A stretch of 64,000 nt of DNA from Eubacteriales bacterium (GTDB lineage: Bacteria > Bacillota > Clostridia > Oscillospirales > CAG-272): positions 6,747-70,746 of the forward strand of contig JAZONX010000039.1 in assembly GCA_045654725.1 (NCBI GenBank). Direction: 5' to 3'. This document shows positions 8,803 to 18,635 of the stretch, one piece after another. The translations under genes and the position numbers were made by a program. The notes below the pieces were generated by a model. That model was given only the letters and a program-made list of their open reading frames with translations, was not told where the DNA came from and searched no databases. Position 1 is the stretch's first letter, and each line of letters opens with the position of its first letter.

Positions 8803-11382
8803 ATGAAGAGAATTGCACTTGGAATTCTCGCACACGTTGATGCGGGAAAGACGACTCTTTCAGAAGGCCTTCTGTTCAGCTCGGGATCTCTTTTGAAGCT
8901 CGGACGAGTGGATAAGCGCGATGCATTTCTCGATACCCATTCCATCGAACGCGAGAGGGGTATTACCATCTTCTCAAAACAAGCGATATTAAACCTTCCC
9001 GATACACAGATTACACTTATAGACACCCCCGGTCACGTTGATTTCTCCTGCGAGGCAGAGCGTGCTCTTTCGGTGCAGGACTACGCTATTTTGGTGGTCA
9101 GCGCGACAGACGGTGTCACCGCACATACGAAAACCCTTTGGAATTTACTCTCTTCTAGAGGTATCCCTACTTTTATTTTCGTAAATAAGCTGGATATTTC
9201 GGACAGACGCAAGCCACAGCTTCTTGAGGAGATAAAATGTTTGCTCTCGCCATATTGCGTTGATTTCAGCTTTGACTCAACTCCCGAGTTTTTTGAAAGT
9301 TGTGCTTCATGCGACGAGGGACTTATGGAGGAATTTTTCTCTACCGATACTATCGAAATCGATGGTATTAGGAGGGCTATTGCAAAGCGAAGAATTTTTC
9401 CTTGTCTTTTTGGCTCTGCGCTGAAAATGAAGGGGGTAGAGGAGCTTCTCGCGGTTATTGATAAATACACGCTTGAAAGAAATTACACCGATAGACTTTT
9501 CGGTGCGAAGGTATATAAAATATCGAGAGATCCGCAGGGAAAGAGGCTTTCTTACATAAAAATCACCGGCGGATCGCTGAAAACCAAGGAAATTCTTGAG
9601 ATACCTACCGAGGGAGGAGAAATTCTTCGCGAAAAGGTTGAGGAAATCCGACTTTACTCGGGAGATAAATTCAAGACTTTGCAGTCTGCTCCCGCAGGAA
9701 CTGTATGTGCAATTCTCGGCCCGACCTCTACCAAGGCAGGTATGGGACTCGGCTTTGAAAGCTCGGATACGCAGACTCTCTCGCCGGTCCTCGATTACAG
9801 AATTATTCTGCCGAAAGAAGCAAACCCATACGAGACATATATGCGTCTTATGGCGCTTTCAGAGGAGGATCCCAGCCTTGCGCTGACCTACGAGCCCTCT
9901 ACTCACGAGCTTCGCGTGAGGCTTATGGGCGAGATACAGATTGAGGTTTTGCGCAGAGTTATCCTCGATCGATTCGGCATAGCGGTTGATTTTGACGAGG
10001 GCGAGATTCTTTATAAAGAAACGGTTGCTGATACCGTTTACGGCGCGGGACATTTTGAGCCATTGCGTCACTATGCCGAGGTACATCTGCGAATAGACCC
10101 TCTGCCCGAGGGAAGCGGAATTATCACCGCGACAGAGTGTCAGACTGACACGTTAAGCCTTAATTGGCAAAGACTTGTTTTAACGCATCTTGAGGAGAGA
10201 GTGCATCGCGGAGTGTTGACGCGCTCACCCCTGACCGATGTGAAAATAACCCTGACCGCAGGTAAAGCCCACCTTAAGCACACCGAGGGCGGAGATTTTC
10301 GCCAGGCCACCTACCGTGCGGTGAGGCAGGGACTTATGAAGTCGGATTCAGTACTTCTTGAACCCACCTTTGATTTTTATATTGAATTGCCCACAGTCTA
10401 TCTTGGAAGACTGATGAACGACGTTACCTCCATGTACGGAAGGGCAAATGCACCTGAAATTAACGAGGATCTGGCTATTCTTACGGGCAATTGTCCTGTT
10501 GCAACAATGCGTTCATACGCCTCCGATCTTCGCGCATATACACGCGGAGAGGGAAGGATTTCATTGAGCGTTGGTCCGTATATGCCCTGTCACAACACCG
10601 CCGAGGTAGTGGAAAGACGAGGATATTTTCCCGAACTTGACGAGCGTAATCCCGCGGGAAGCGTGTTCTGTAAGGGCGGATCAGGTTATGCCGTGCCCTG
10701 GAATGAGGCAGACGAGCTTATGCATATTACCGAAACCGGCGCGCCGAAGGAAACCGAGCAACAGATTGAAACCGTAAGGGTTGCGAAAAAGCTCGACTAC
10801 CGCGGAACGGTCGAGGAGGACAAGGAGCTTATGCGCATCTTTGAGAGCACCTACGGAAAGGTGAAAAAGCGCACCTTCTCCGAAAAAAAGGAGAATGCGG
10901 CTCCTGTCGCAAAGCCCGAGCGACCGAAAAAGCTCAAGCCTAAGGGTGATGATTACGTAATAATCGACGGCTACAACTTTATTTATGCCGTTGATGAAAT
11001 GCGAAAAATTGCCGAGAGCGATCTCGCTCTCGCTCGCGATGTGCTTACCAGGATGATGTGCGATTACTCCGCCTTTCGTAAATGCAAGGTCATAATTGCC
11101 TTTGATGCCTATAAGCGTCAGGGCGGGGAGGGAAGCATGGAGGAAGTCGGTCGCGTGACGGTCATCTACACGAAGGAGTCACAGACAGCCGATTCCTACA
11201 TTGAGCGAACCACCTATGAAATTGCCCCCAATCACAACGTTCGCGTGGTGACCTCGGATTTTCAGGAGCAGCTTGTAATCCTGGGTAGCGGAGGTCTCAG
11301 AGTCAGCGCGCGCGAGTTTTACTCGGAAATTATGGAAACCGTAAAACTTATTCGAGAGACGATTGAGAGCTATATGAAGTAA
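8803..11382 (+). CDS. EF-G/TetM-like translational GTPase fused to a C-terminal YacP/Rae1-type NYN (PIN-like) RNase domain
   Basis: G1 AHVDAGKTT, G2 RERGITI, G3 DTPGH, G4 NKLD, and an EFG_C-like segment VLLEPTFDFYIELP. A K/E-rich linker follows. The NYN-like motifs are VIIDGYNFIY, VIIAFDAYK and VVTSDFQEQ. The start is set at ATG 8803 after GGAAGGAG; the alternative is ATG 8773. Confidence 0.75.
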   Translation: MKRIALGILAHVDAGKTTLSEGLLFSSGSLLKLGRVDKRDAFLDTHSIERERGITIFSKQAILNLPDTQITLIDTPGHVDFSCEAERALSVQDYAILVVSATDGVTAHTKTLWNLLSSRGIPTFIFVNKLDISDRRKPQLLEEIKCLLSPYCVDFSFDSTPEFFESCASCDEGLMEEFFSTDTIEIDGIRRAIAKRRIFPCLFGSALKMKGVEELLAVIDKYTLERNYTDRLFGAKVYKISRDPQGKRLSYIKITGGSLKTKEILEIPTEGGEILREKVEEIRLYSGDKFKTLQSAPAGTVCAILGPTSTKAGMGLGFESSDTQTLSPVLDYRIILPKEANPYETYMRLMALSEEDPSLALTYEPSTHELRVRLMGEIQIEVLRRVILDRFGIAVDFDEGEILYKETVADTVYGAGHFEPLRHYAEVHLRIDPLPEGSGIITATECQTDTLSLNWQRLVLTHLEERVHRGVLTRSPLTDVKITLTAGKAHLKHTEGGDFRQATYRAVRQGLMKSDSVLLEPTFDFYIELPTVYLGRLMNDVTSMYGRANAPEINEDLAILTGNCPVATMRSYASDLRAYTRGEGRISLSVGPYMPCHNTAEVVERRGYFPELDERNPAGSVFCKGGSGYAVPWNEADELMHITETGAPKETEQQIETVRVAKKLDYRGTVEEDKELMRIFESTYGKVKKRTFSEKKENAAPVAKPERPKKLKPKGDDYVIIDGYNFIYAVDEMRKIAESDLALARDVLTRMMCDYSAFRKCKVIIAFDAYKRQGGEGSMEEVGRVTVIYTKESQTADSYIERTTYEIAPNHNVRVVTSDFQEQLVILGSGGLRVSAREFYSEIMETVKLIRETIESYMK

Positions 11383-11435
11383 ATCATCTCGTCAAGCAAG
11401 ACGAGATTTCAGAAATAACACGAAGGAGAAGAAAG

Positions 11436-13034
11436 TTGAATCTTATTAAAAACAAACTTGCCGAATCGATCAAATCGGTATTACCTATCGCACTGATTGT
11501 TTTGGCTTTGAGTATTTCCATACTTCCTCTGTCAACAGGGGATATGTTCCTATTCTTGGTTGGAGTAGTCTGCCTAGTGTTCGGTATGAGCCTTTTCACC
11601 GCAGGCGCGGAGATGTCGATGCAGCCACTCGGCTCAAAGATAGGTGCTACTATCGGATCGAATAAAAAGGTATGGTTTGTTGCATTTATTAGCTTTGTAA
11701 TCGGTATTTTGGTTACTATTGCCGAGCCCGATCTTTGGCTTCTTGCCGATCAGGTTAATCGCAAAGATCCCTTTACACTTATACTTACCGTTTCGGTCGG
11801 CGTGGGAATATTCCTCGCAATTGCGGTAATGCGTATCATTTTTAACTGGAGCTTAACCGCGATAATGATAGGCTTCTATGCTACAGCCTTCGTTCTTGCC
11901 TTCTTCGTGGATGATACTTTTATGTCGCTTGCCTTTGATTCGGGCGGAGTAACAACCGGACCTATGACCGTCCCCTTCATAATGTCTATCGGCGCCGGTG
12001 TTTCTATGTCAAAAATCAAGGGTGATGACAGAGGCGACTCCTTCGGTATTACAGGTCTTTGCAGTATCGGTCCTATTATCGCTGTGCTTGTACTTGGTAT
12101 CGTTATGAAGGCCAAGGGTAGCTATGAGTCATATACCACCACTTACGTTGAAAATACAAGGGATGGTGTTGGTCAGTTTGTTCACGGTCTTGGCGAGCAT
12201 ATAATCGACGTACTTATCGCTCTTGCTCCCATCATCGTTTTTGCGGTACTATTCCAGCTCTTGACTAAGGCGTTTAACAAGGGTCAGCTCATAAAAATGG
12301 CTGTTGGTATTGTCTACGTTCTGATTGGTCTTGCGGTGTTCCTTACGGGAGCAAACGTAGGCTTCCTTCCCACCGGTTCGGCGATTGGAACAAGCCTTGT
12401 TACCGAACATAATAAATGGCTTCTTGTTCCCATCAGTATGCTCCTCGGCTACTTTATAGTTAAGGCGGAGCCTTCTGTATACGTTCTTAACAAGCTTGTT
12501 GAGAATATGTCTGCAGGTGCTATTTCGGGAAAGACCACAGGTCTTGGACTTTCCATCGGTGTGTCTGCCGCCCTTGGCCTTGCGGCACTCCGTATTATTA
12601 CGGGAATCAGTATTCTTTGGTTCCTTATTCCCGGTTATATTATCGCTCTCACCCTCAGCTTCTTCGTTCCCAAGATATTCGTTGGTATTTCCTTTGATTC
12701 GGGTGGAGTTGCCAGCGGTACGATGATGAGTGCATTCGTTCTTCCTCTCTGTGTGGGAGCCTGCGAGGCGCTTGGCGGTAACGTAATGACCGATGCCTTT
12801 GGCTGCGTTGCATTTGTGGCAATGGCGCCTATTATTACGATTCAGCTCACAGGACTTGCGTATAACGTAAAGAAGAAGGACAGAGTTCGTAAGTTTGTTT
12901 CCGCGAGCGAAAGCTTTATTGATTACGAGTATGACAGAGATGTAAGACGTAGTAACGTCTATGCAAAATTCGTTGAGAAGGAAGGAGGAGCTAAGAGTGG
13001 CAAGCAGAATATCAATAAAAAAGTCGACGGCTGA
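11436..13034 (+). CDS. Fused double DUF1538-type permease
   Basis: TTG start after GAAGGAG. 532-aa polytopic protein made of two homologous halves, each with AEP(D/S) and FDSGGV(T/A)(T/S)G motifs. Confidence 0.65.
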   Translation: MNLIKNKLAESIKSVLPIALIVLALSISILPLSTGDMFLFLVGVVCLVFGMSLFTAGAEMSMQPLGSKIGATIGSNKKVWFVAFISFVIGILVTIAEPDLWLLADQVNRKDPFTLILTVSVGVGIFLAIAVMRIIFNWSLTAIMIGFYATAFVLAFFVDDTFMSLAFDSGGVTTGPMTVPFIMSIGAGVSMSKIKGDDRGDSFGITGLCSIGPIIAVLVLGIVMKAKGSYESYTTTYVENTRDGVGQFVHGLGEHIIDVLIALAPIIVFAVLFQLLTKAFNKGQLIKMAVGIVYVLIGLAVFLTGANVGFLPTGSAIGTSLVTEHNKWLLVPISMLLGYFIVKAEPSVYVLNKLVENMSAGAISGKTTGLGLSIGVSAALGLAALRIITGISILWFLIPGYIIALTLSFFVPKIFVGISFDSGGVASGTMMSAFVLPLCVGACEALGGNVMTDAFGCVAFVAMAPIITIQLTGLAYNVKKKDRVRKFVSASESFIDYEYDRDVRRSNVYAKFVEKEGGAKSGKQNINKKVDG

Positions 13035-13761
13035 AAATAACCGTGTTAAGCTCCTTGTCGGAATTATCAACAAAGAGGACGAGGGACGCCTCACCGAGAT
13101 AGTAAACGAATGCTCTACGGCGGTTCATTTTTCCGGCGTTGGACATGGAACAGCAAGAAAAAGCTATATGAATTATTTTGGTCTTGGTGAGATAGAGAAG
13201 CGTATTACGATGTCTCTCATTCCCGCATCTGCCGAGCATAACATAATGAATGCTATAGGCCATGGACTGAAGCTCTATCTTGTGGGACGTGGAATTGCAT
13301 TTACTCTCCCGCTTTCGGGAATATCTAACATTATTAACGATGCAATTCTTTCGGGTGTTGATAAGCCCGATAAACCCACGGGTCGCAGAGCCCCCATTTC
13401 AAAGAAAAAGGAGTCAAAGATAATGCACGAGCTTGTTATAGCAGTGGTTAATTCTAAATTTACAGATGCAGCTATTGATGCTGCCCGTGCCGCAGGTGCA
13501 ACCGGCGCAACCGTATTCCATACAAAGAGCATTAACAATGAGCGTGCCGAGCAGAGCATCGGTACCTCTATAAACCGCGAGACAGACAGCGTATTCTTCC
13601 TCACAACTCTTGAGTATAAGACAAAAATTATGGAAGCTGTGCGCGATGTAGCCGGCCTTAAGACTGAAGGTGGCGCGGTTATCTTCTCGCTTCCCGTAGA
13701 CGACCTTGTAGGCGTTGGACGTTTCGAGGACTATGTTGACGGTGAGGAGAGCGAGGAATAA
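12997..13761 (+). CDS. Tandem PII-like (GlnB-fold) signalling protein
   Basis: Two ~110-aa halves (KLLVGIINKED...GRGIAFTLP and HELVIAVVNSKF...GGAVIFSLPV). It overlaps the permease gene. The start is ambiguous: GTG 12997 after GGAGGAG, or ATG 12961. Confidence 0.55.
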   Translation: MASRISIKKSTAENNRVKLLVGIINKEDEGRLTEIVNECSTAVHFSGVGHGTARKSYMNYFGLGEIEKRITMSLIPASAEHNIMNAIGHGLKLYLVGRGIAFTLPLSGISNIINDAILSGVDKPDKPTGRRAPISKKKESKIMHELVIAVVNSKFTDAAIDAARAAGATGATVFHTKSINNERAEQSIGTSINRETDSVFFLTTLEYKTKIMEAVRDVAGLKTEGGAVIFSLPVDDLVGVGRFEDYVDGEESEE

Positions 13762-13809
13762 TTAAGCAAAGGATATTATAAAATAAAGGATTTTTAAGGA
13801 GGTGGAGAT

Positions 13810-15351
13810 TTGTATAGAAGTATTTGGCGACTTTTGTTTTCAAGGTATGCAATAAGTGCGTTTACTATTCTGGGTGAAATCGTCATTTTCTCTATCATTG
13901 TTGCAACCGCAAGCCGTTTTTACACCTACCTTTTTCTCTTCCTTACGGTGATCATCGATCTTATCGGAGTGATCGCTATTATTAACAGAGATGCAAATCC
14001 CGAGTATAAGGTTACCTGGGTTGGATTGGTGCTGTTGATACCTATCGTCGGAGGATTCCTTTATTTGATTTTTTACCGCCGCCGTGTTACCAAGAAGGAA
14101 CAGCGTCTGCTTGAAGGTATTTTCAGTAAGCTGACGGCTGGCGGAAGGGATCGCCGTGTATTCGATGTTATGCGTCGCACGAGTCCTCTTGCCGCAGGTA
14201 AGACACGTGCTATAATGAATGACGATCCTCTCGCAGAGGTTTATTCTAACAGCTCATCGAAGTTTTTTTCATCCGGAGAGGAGCTCTTTGAGTCTATGAT
14301 CTCCGAGATGGAGCGCGCCAAGAAATTCATCTTCATTGAATACTTCATAATTGCCAAGGGAATCCTTTGGAATAGAATTCACGATATTCTTTTGCGGAAG
14401 GCAAAGGAAGGCGTTGAGGTCAGAGTTATTTTTGATGATTTTGGATGTATGCGCACACTTCCTTCGGATTATGAGTTCACTCTGCGGAGAGAGGGCATAA
14501 AAGCCTATCGATTTAACCGTATCAGTCCCAAAATGTCATCTATACACAACAATCGCGATCATCGAAAGATATGTATTATTGACGGTGAGGTAGGATATAC
14601 CGGCGGAGTAAACATTGCAGATGAGTACATAAATGAAAAGCAACGCTTCGGGCATTGGAAGGACGGAGGAATTCTTATTCGTGGAGAAGCGGTAAAGGGA
14701 CTGATAAAGCACTTTTTCTCTATTTGGGACTTTACCACCGAAAGCATCAGCGATTACGAAAAGTATTTCTCTGCCATAAAGCCTGCCCCATACGTTGACG
14801 GAGGATATTATCTTCCCTTTGCCTCGGGACCTGCGCCTATATACCAGCGACCCACCGGCAAGAATGCATTTATGAACCTTATCAATCAGTCGAGAAGATA
14901 CGTTTACATAACCACACCGTATCTGATAATAGACTATGATCTCACCCAGGCGCTTTGTAATGCCGCCCTAAGAGGTGTTGACGTACGAATTATCACGCCC
15001 GGAATTGCCGACAAGAAGAAGGTTAAGATAATGACGAAGAGCTCATATCCTTACCTTATGAAGGCGGGAGTGAAAATCTACGAATACCTTCCCGGTTTCA
15101 TCCATGAAAAGACCTTCGTTTGCGATGACAAATACGCGGTTGTCGGTACGATAAACTTCGATTATCGCAGTTTTGTGCATCACTTTGAGAACGCGGTTTG
15201 GATGTATTCATCTCCCAGCGTTTGCGTGGCGAGAGACGAGTTCTTAAAGACCATAACCGAATCCGAAAGAGTCGGCGAGGAGAGATCAAAACTTACCTTT
15301 AGAGAGTGGGTCTTCCGAAATGGAGTGCGACTTTTTGCTCCTCTTTTATAA
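13810..15351 (+). CDS. cls: Cardiolipin synthase
   Basis: Two N-terminal TM helices and two HKD motifs (HRKICIIDGEVGYTGGVN; HEKTFVCDDKYAVVGTINFD). TTG start after GGAGGTGGAG. Confidence 0.9.
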   Translation: MYRSIWRLLFSRYAISAFTILGEIVIFSIIVATASRFYTYLFLFLTVIIDLIGVIAIINRDANPEYKVTWVGLVLLIPIVGGFLYLIFYRRRVTKKEQRLLEGIFSKLTAGGRDRRVFDVMRRTSPLAAGKTRAIMNDDPLAEVYSNSSSKFFSSGEELFESMISEMERAKKFIFIEYFIIAKGILWNRIHDILLRKAKEGVEVRVIFDDFGCMRTLPSDYEFTLRREGIKAYRFNRISPKMSSIHNNRDHRKICIIDGEVGYTGGVNIADEYINEKQRFGHWKDGGILIRGEAVKGLIKHFFSIWDFTTESISDYEKYFSAIKPAPYVDGGYYLPFASGPAPIYQRPTGKNAFMNLINQSRRYVYITTPYLIIDYDLTQALCNAALRGVDVRIITPGIADKKKVKIMTKSSYPYLMKAGVKIYEYLPGFIHEKTFVCDDKYAVVGTINFDYRSFVHHFENAVWMYSSPSVCVARDEFLKTITESERVGEERSKLTFREWVFRNGVRLFAPLL

Positions 15352-15384
15352 AGGGCGGTGGCATTTAGTAATAAACAAACAAAA

Positions 15385-15420
15385 AAGGTAGAGGCTTCTG
15401 TAAATTTGTGCCTCTACCTT
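15385..15420. terminator. Bidirectional intrinsic terminator
   Basis: 11-bp stem AAGGTAGAGGC/GCCTCTACCTT with A-rich and T-rich flanks, between convergent genes. Confidence 0.7.
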
Positions 15421-15436
15421 TAAGTTTATGTGGAAA

Positions 15437-15979
15437 TTATACGTCATCCTCGGTTATGTAACAGGTTTCAACGTTTGAAGAATTGTCTACGACGTAGTCG
15501 AGCTTGCGCTCCTTGGTTGATTTAAATTTCGATTTTATACGTTTCTTTATCCTTTTTGCTTTTCTATCGAAGAGCGAGAGAATACCCTCGAAGATAAGTC
15601 TTATGATAAGGAGGACCGCGTTTACTCCCGCGAAGAAAATTGCGATGGGAGATATTGATCCGACCGCTGTAATAATTGTGTAAATAGCCGTCGCGGTGGA
15701 GAAAATTCTGGTCACCAGCTTAAAGCGTTTGTAGAATTTTTTTGTGGTTTTTATTCCGCCTCTTGAATTCTTCGCAGCAAGCCTTATGATAAGGTATACA
15801 AGAAGAAATACAGCCGTTCCTATTGCGAGGGCAATATTCACCCATCTAATTCCGATTTCCTTATAAATAGCGAAGATTAGATATGCAATATATAGAAGAT
15901 GCACCGTCACGGTGAAAGTGATGGAAATGCGTCTTATTTTTTTTACAAAAGAGTCTTTAATGTCAGTCAGTTTACCCAT
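15437..15979 (-). CDS. Hypothetical four-helix membrane protein with basic C-terminal tail
   Basis: Start set at the internal ATG (MGKLTDIK) preceded by AAGGA. Four hydrophobic helices. No recognisable motif. Confidence 0.5.
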   Translation of the reverse strand: MGKLTDIKDSFVKKIRRISITFTVTVHLLYIAYLIFAIYKEIGIRWVNIALAIGTAVFLLVYLIIRLAAKNSRGGIKTTKKFYKRFKLVTRIFSTATAIYTIITAVGSISPIAIFFAGVNAVLLIIRLIFEGILSLFDRKAKRIKKRIKSKFKSTKERKLDYVVDNSSNVETCYITEDDV

Positions 15980-16085
15980 TTTTTCATCCTTTCTAAAGAT
16001 AATTTTAACATAAAAAGATAAAAAAGGCAATAGAGGGAATAAAAATTATTTTTCTAGGTAGAATAAGAAAAAAGGAGGGCAAAAT

Positions 16086-17051
16086 ATGTGTACTGCAATA
16101 AGTCTTGACGGAGTCGTGGGACGAAGCTTTGATTACGAATGTTCATTTGGGGAGCAAATAATCATTACACCAAGAGAAAGGGTCGTATACGGTCAGGCGA
16201 AAAACCGCTATGCAATGCTTGGTGTTGGCGTGGTAAGAGAAGGGGTATCGCTGTATTTTGACGGAGTGAACGAGTGGGGGCTATGGGGTGCTGCGCTCAA
16301 TTTTCCGGGATACGCGGTATACCATGATCCAAGCGAAAATAAAGCGGCTATTTCATCGGGTGATCTTGTAGGATTTCTCCTGGGATTTTGTAAGGATATT
16401 CATGAAATCAGCGGTGCGCTCAAAAACATCGTCATCAGCTGGCAGGGAGAACAAACGCCTCTTCATTGGATGTTTGCCGATAAACGCGGCTCGATAACCG
16501 TTGAGTCGGTGAAGGAAGGACTGAAAATTTACGAGAATCCTTTTGGCGTTCTCACCAATTCTCCGCCATTTCCAAATCAGCTGACGAGCCTTGCACCATA
16601 TCTGCATCTGAACCCAAAAAATCCCAATGACAACCTGACGGATGGTCTGATTTTACCGCATTCGCGAGGAATGGGCGGAGTGGGTTTGCCGGGTGATTTT
16701 TCCTCACAGTCGAGATTTATCAGGGCGGTTTTCCTAAAGAAAAATACTCTAGCGGAAAGGCGTGAGATGGATGATATGACTAAGCTCAGCGACAGCGAGG
16801 GTCAGATAAGTAGATTTTTCCATATTGCATCCTCTCTTTCTATTCCTCTGGGAAGTGTTGTTACGGATGAAAATCTTCCCGTATCTACGCGCTATATTTC
16901 TTGCGCCGATACCGAGGAGTTGACCTATTATTTCAGCACCTACGGATCGAGGCAGATTCGCTCGGTGAGTCTTTCTGACAAGCTTCGTGACGGAAAGGAG
17001 ATAAAGGTGTATCCTCTTTATCACCCTGAAAAGGTTGAGAGATTAAACTAA
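16086..17051 (+). CDS. Choloylglycine hydrolase family (bile-salt hydrolase / linear amide C-N hydrolase, Ntn)
   Basis: Begins MCTAISL, so Cys2 is the expected Ntn nucleophile. Length is ~320 aa. GGAGGG SD upstream. Confidence 0.75.
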   Translation: MCTAISLDGVVGRSFDYECSFGEQIIITPRERVVYGQAKNRYAMLGVGVVREGVSLYFDGVNEWGLWGAALNFPGYAVYHDPSENKAAISSGDLVGFLLGFCKDIHEISGALKNIVISWQGEQTPLHWMFADKRGSITVESVKEGLKIYENPFGVLTNSPPFPNQLTSLAPYLHLNPKNPNDNLTDGLILPHSRGMGGVGLPGDFSSQSRFIRAVFLKKNTLAERREMDDMTKLSDSEGQISRFFHIASSLSIPLGSVVTDENLPVSTRYISCADTEELTYYFSTYGSRQIRSVSLSDKLRDGKEIKVYPLYHPEKVERLN

Positions 17052-17130
17052 AAAATAACCGAAAACAATAAAACAAAAAGCTATCCTGTCACCAAAATGG
17101 GCATACGGGGTAGCTTTTTGCGTTTTTGCT

Positions 17131-17673
17131 CTATTTTTTGAAAATTTCTCTTGCTTTGAGAATCGCAATTTGGGTTTTTCCGTCTTCAATCTCTCCTCTG
17201 AAAACCATATCGTACAGTCTGTCAATGTGGATAAGCTCAACATCGAGAAATTCATCGGCATCCAGCTCTCGCTCACTGAAGGAAATATCCTCCGCCATAT
17301 AGAGGTAAATGACTTCATTAAGCAGGGCAGGGGCGGAAATTATTCTGCCAAGAGGAGTGATTTTGCCTGCAACGGCTCCGGTTTCCTCGCGAAGTTCGCG
17401 CTTTGCAGCCTCTAGTGGATCTTCGTCGGGAGTATCGAGCTTTCCTGCAGGAATTTCAAGCATAACTCTGCCGTGGGCATATCTAAATTGCCTCTCCATA
17501 ATCACTCGACCATCCGAGAGAATGGGAATTATTGCAGACGCTCCGTTGTGAAGGCTTATTTCTCGGACACTACGCTCGCCGTTTGGCAGAAGAATCTCAT
17601 CCTTTACCACGTGGAGTGCGACGCCTGAAAAAATCTCCTGTCTGCTGATTTGTTTTTCTTCAAGATTACTCAT
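17131..17673 (-). CDS. NUDIX hydrolase (ADP-ribose pyrophosphatase-like)
   Basis: Nudix box GKLDTPDEDPLEAAKRELREETG. Confidence 0.85.
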   Translation of the reverse strand: MSNLEEKQISRQEIFSGVALHVVKDEILLPNGERSVREISLHNGASAIIPILSDGRVIMERQFRYAHGRVMLEIPAGKLDTPDEDPLEAAKRELREETGAVAGKITPLGRIISAPALLNEVIYLYMAEDISFSERELDADEFLDVELIHIDRLYDMVFRGEIEDGKTQIAILKAREIFKK

Positions 17674-17720
17674 TATCTAACCTCAATATACGTAAAATGT
17701 TAAGTATTGTTGGCAATATT

Positions 17721-18635
17721 CTACTTTTTAAACAGTTTTTTGATGGATTTTGGGTCTAACTGTGCTATTAAAACCGAGATAAAAACTATGCAGCATCCAA
17801 TATATTCTCTGGGTAGCATCCTCTCTCCCAACACAATTGCCGCACCGATGACGGCAAACACCGACTCCAGTGCCAGAATAATCGAAGCCACCGATGCCTC
17901 GGCGTCCTTTTGACCTATTATTTGAAGAGTATATGCAATTCCGCTGGATCCTATGCCGAGGAACAACAAAGAAGGTAACGCCTCCATAAGCGGAGCTCCC
18001 TCGGGAATTCCTTCGAAAATCAGGGCGATTACAGCATTGATAACGAACGCCACCGCAAACTGAACCAGCGACATTCTTACACCGTCGCATTTAGGCGCAA
18101 GCTTGCTGACGGAAATAATGTGGAACGAGAACACGATAGCACATCCGAGCACCAATAGATCGGAAATCTCAATTCCAACACCCGGCGTAATACAAAGGAA
18201 ATAGAAGCCAATAATAGACACCGGAACTGCAATCCATACGTTGATACCCTGTTTTTCGCCGAGAGCCATTGAAATCAGAGGAACAAAAACAACGTAGAGG
18301 GTTGTTATGAATGCTGCCTTGCCGGCATCGGTGTCCTCAAGGCCTATCTGCTGAAAGGCACTTGCTACGGATATTATTACACCGAGCAGCGCGCCGCCGA
18401 GAAGCTCGGTTTTGTTGAAGTCGGGAAGGCGCTTTTCGTTAAAAATCTTGCGTCCGCTTTTCGTTATCTTGTCGGTAAGCGGAAGAACAAATATGAGAAA
18501 AAGCATAGCGATTCCGCATCTCAACGCACCGACGGTAAATGCGGGAAGAACCGTTGCCGCTTTCTGCGCCACGAAGGCAAAGCCCCAAATGACGGTTGCA
18601 ATCAGAAAAAGAGCGTATGACAGACGTTTTTTCAT
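17721..18635 (-). CDS. DMT-superfamily (EamA) transporter
   Basis: Ten predicted helices in two EamA-like halves. Start set at MKKRLSYALF after AGGAGG; the longer ORF to 18689 is less likely. Confidence 0.75.
   Translation of the reverse strand: MKKRLSYALFLIATVIWGFAFVAQKAATVLPAFTVGALRCGIAMLFLIFVLPLTDKITKSGRKIFNEKRLPDFNKTELLGGALLGVIISVASAFQQIGLEDTDAGKAAFITTLYVVFVPLISMALGEKQGINVWIAVPVSIIGFYFLCITPGVGIEISDLLVLGCAIVFSFHIISVSKLAPKCDGVRMSLVQFAVAFVINAVIALIFEGIPEGAPLMEALPSLLFLGIGSSGIAYTLQIIGQKDAEASVASIILALESVFAVIGAAIVLGERMLPREYIGCCIVFISVLIAQLDPKSIKKLFKK

Noticed and set aside
8803-11382. Calling the GTPase a Tet(M)/Tet(O)/Tet(W)-type tetracycline resistance gene
   Set aside because: It belongs to the same broad EF-G-like family, but the extra C-terminal NYN domain and the chromosomal housekeeping context, with no mobile-element genes, argue against a resistance determinant. 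Identity to known tet genes cannot be assessed without a search.
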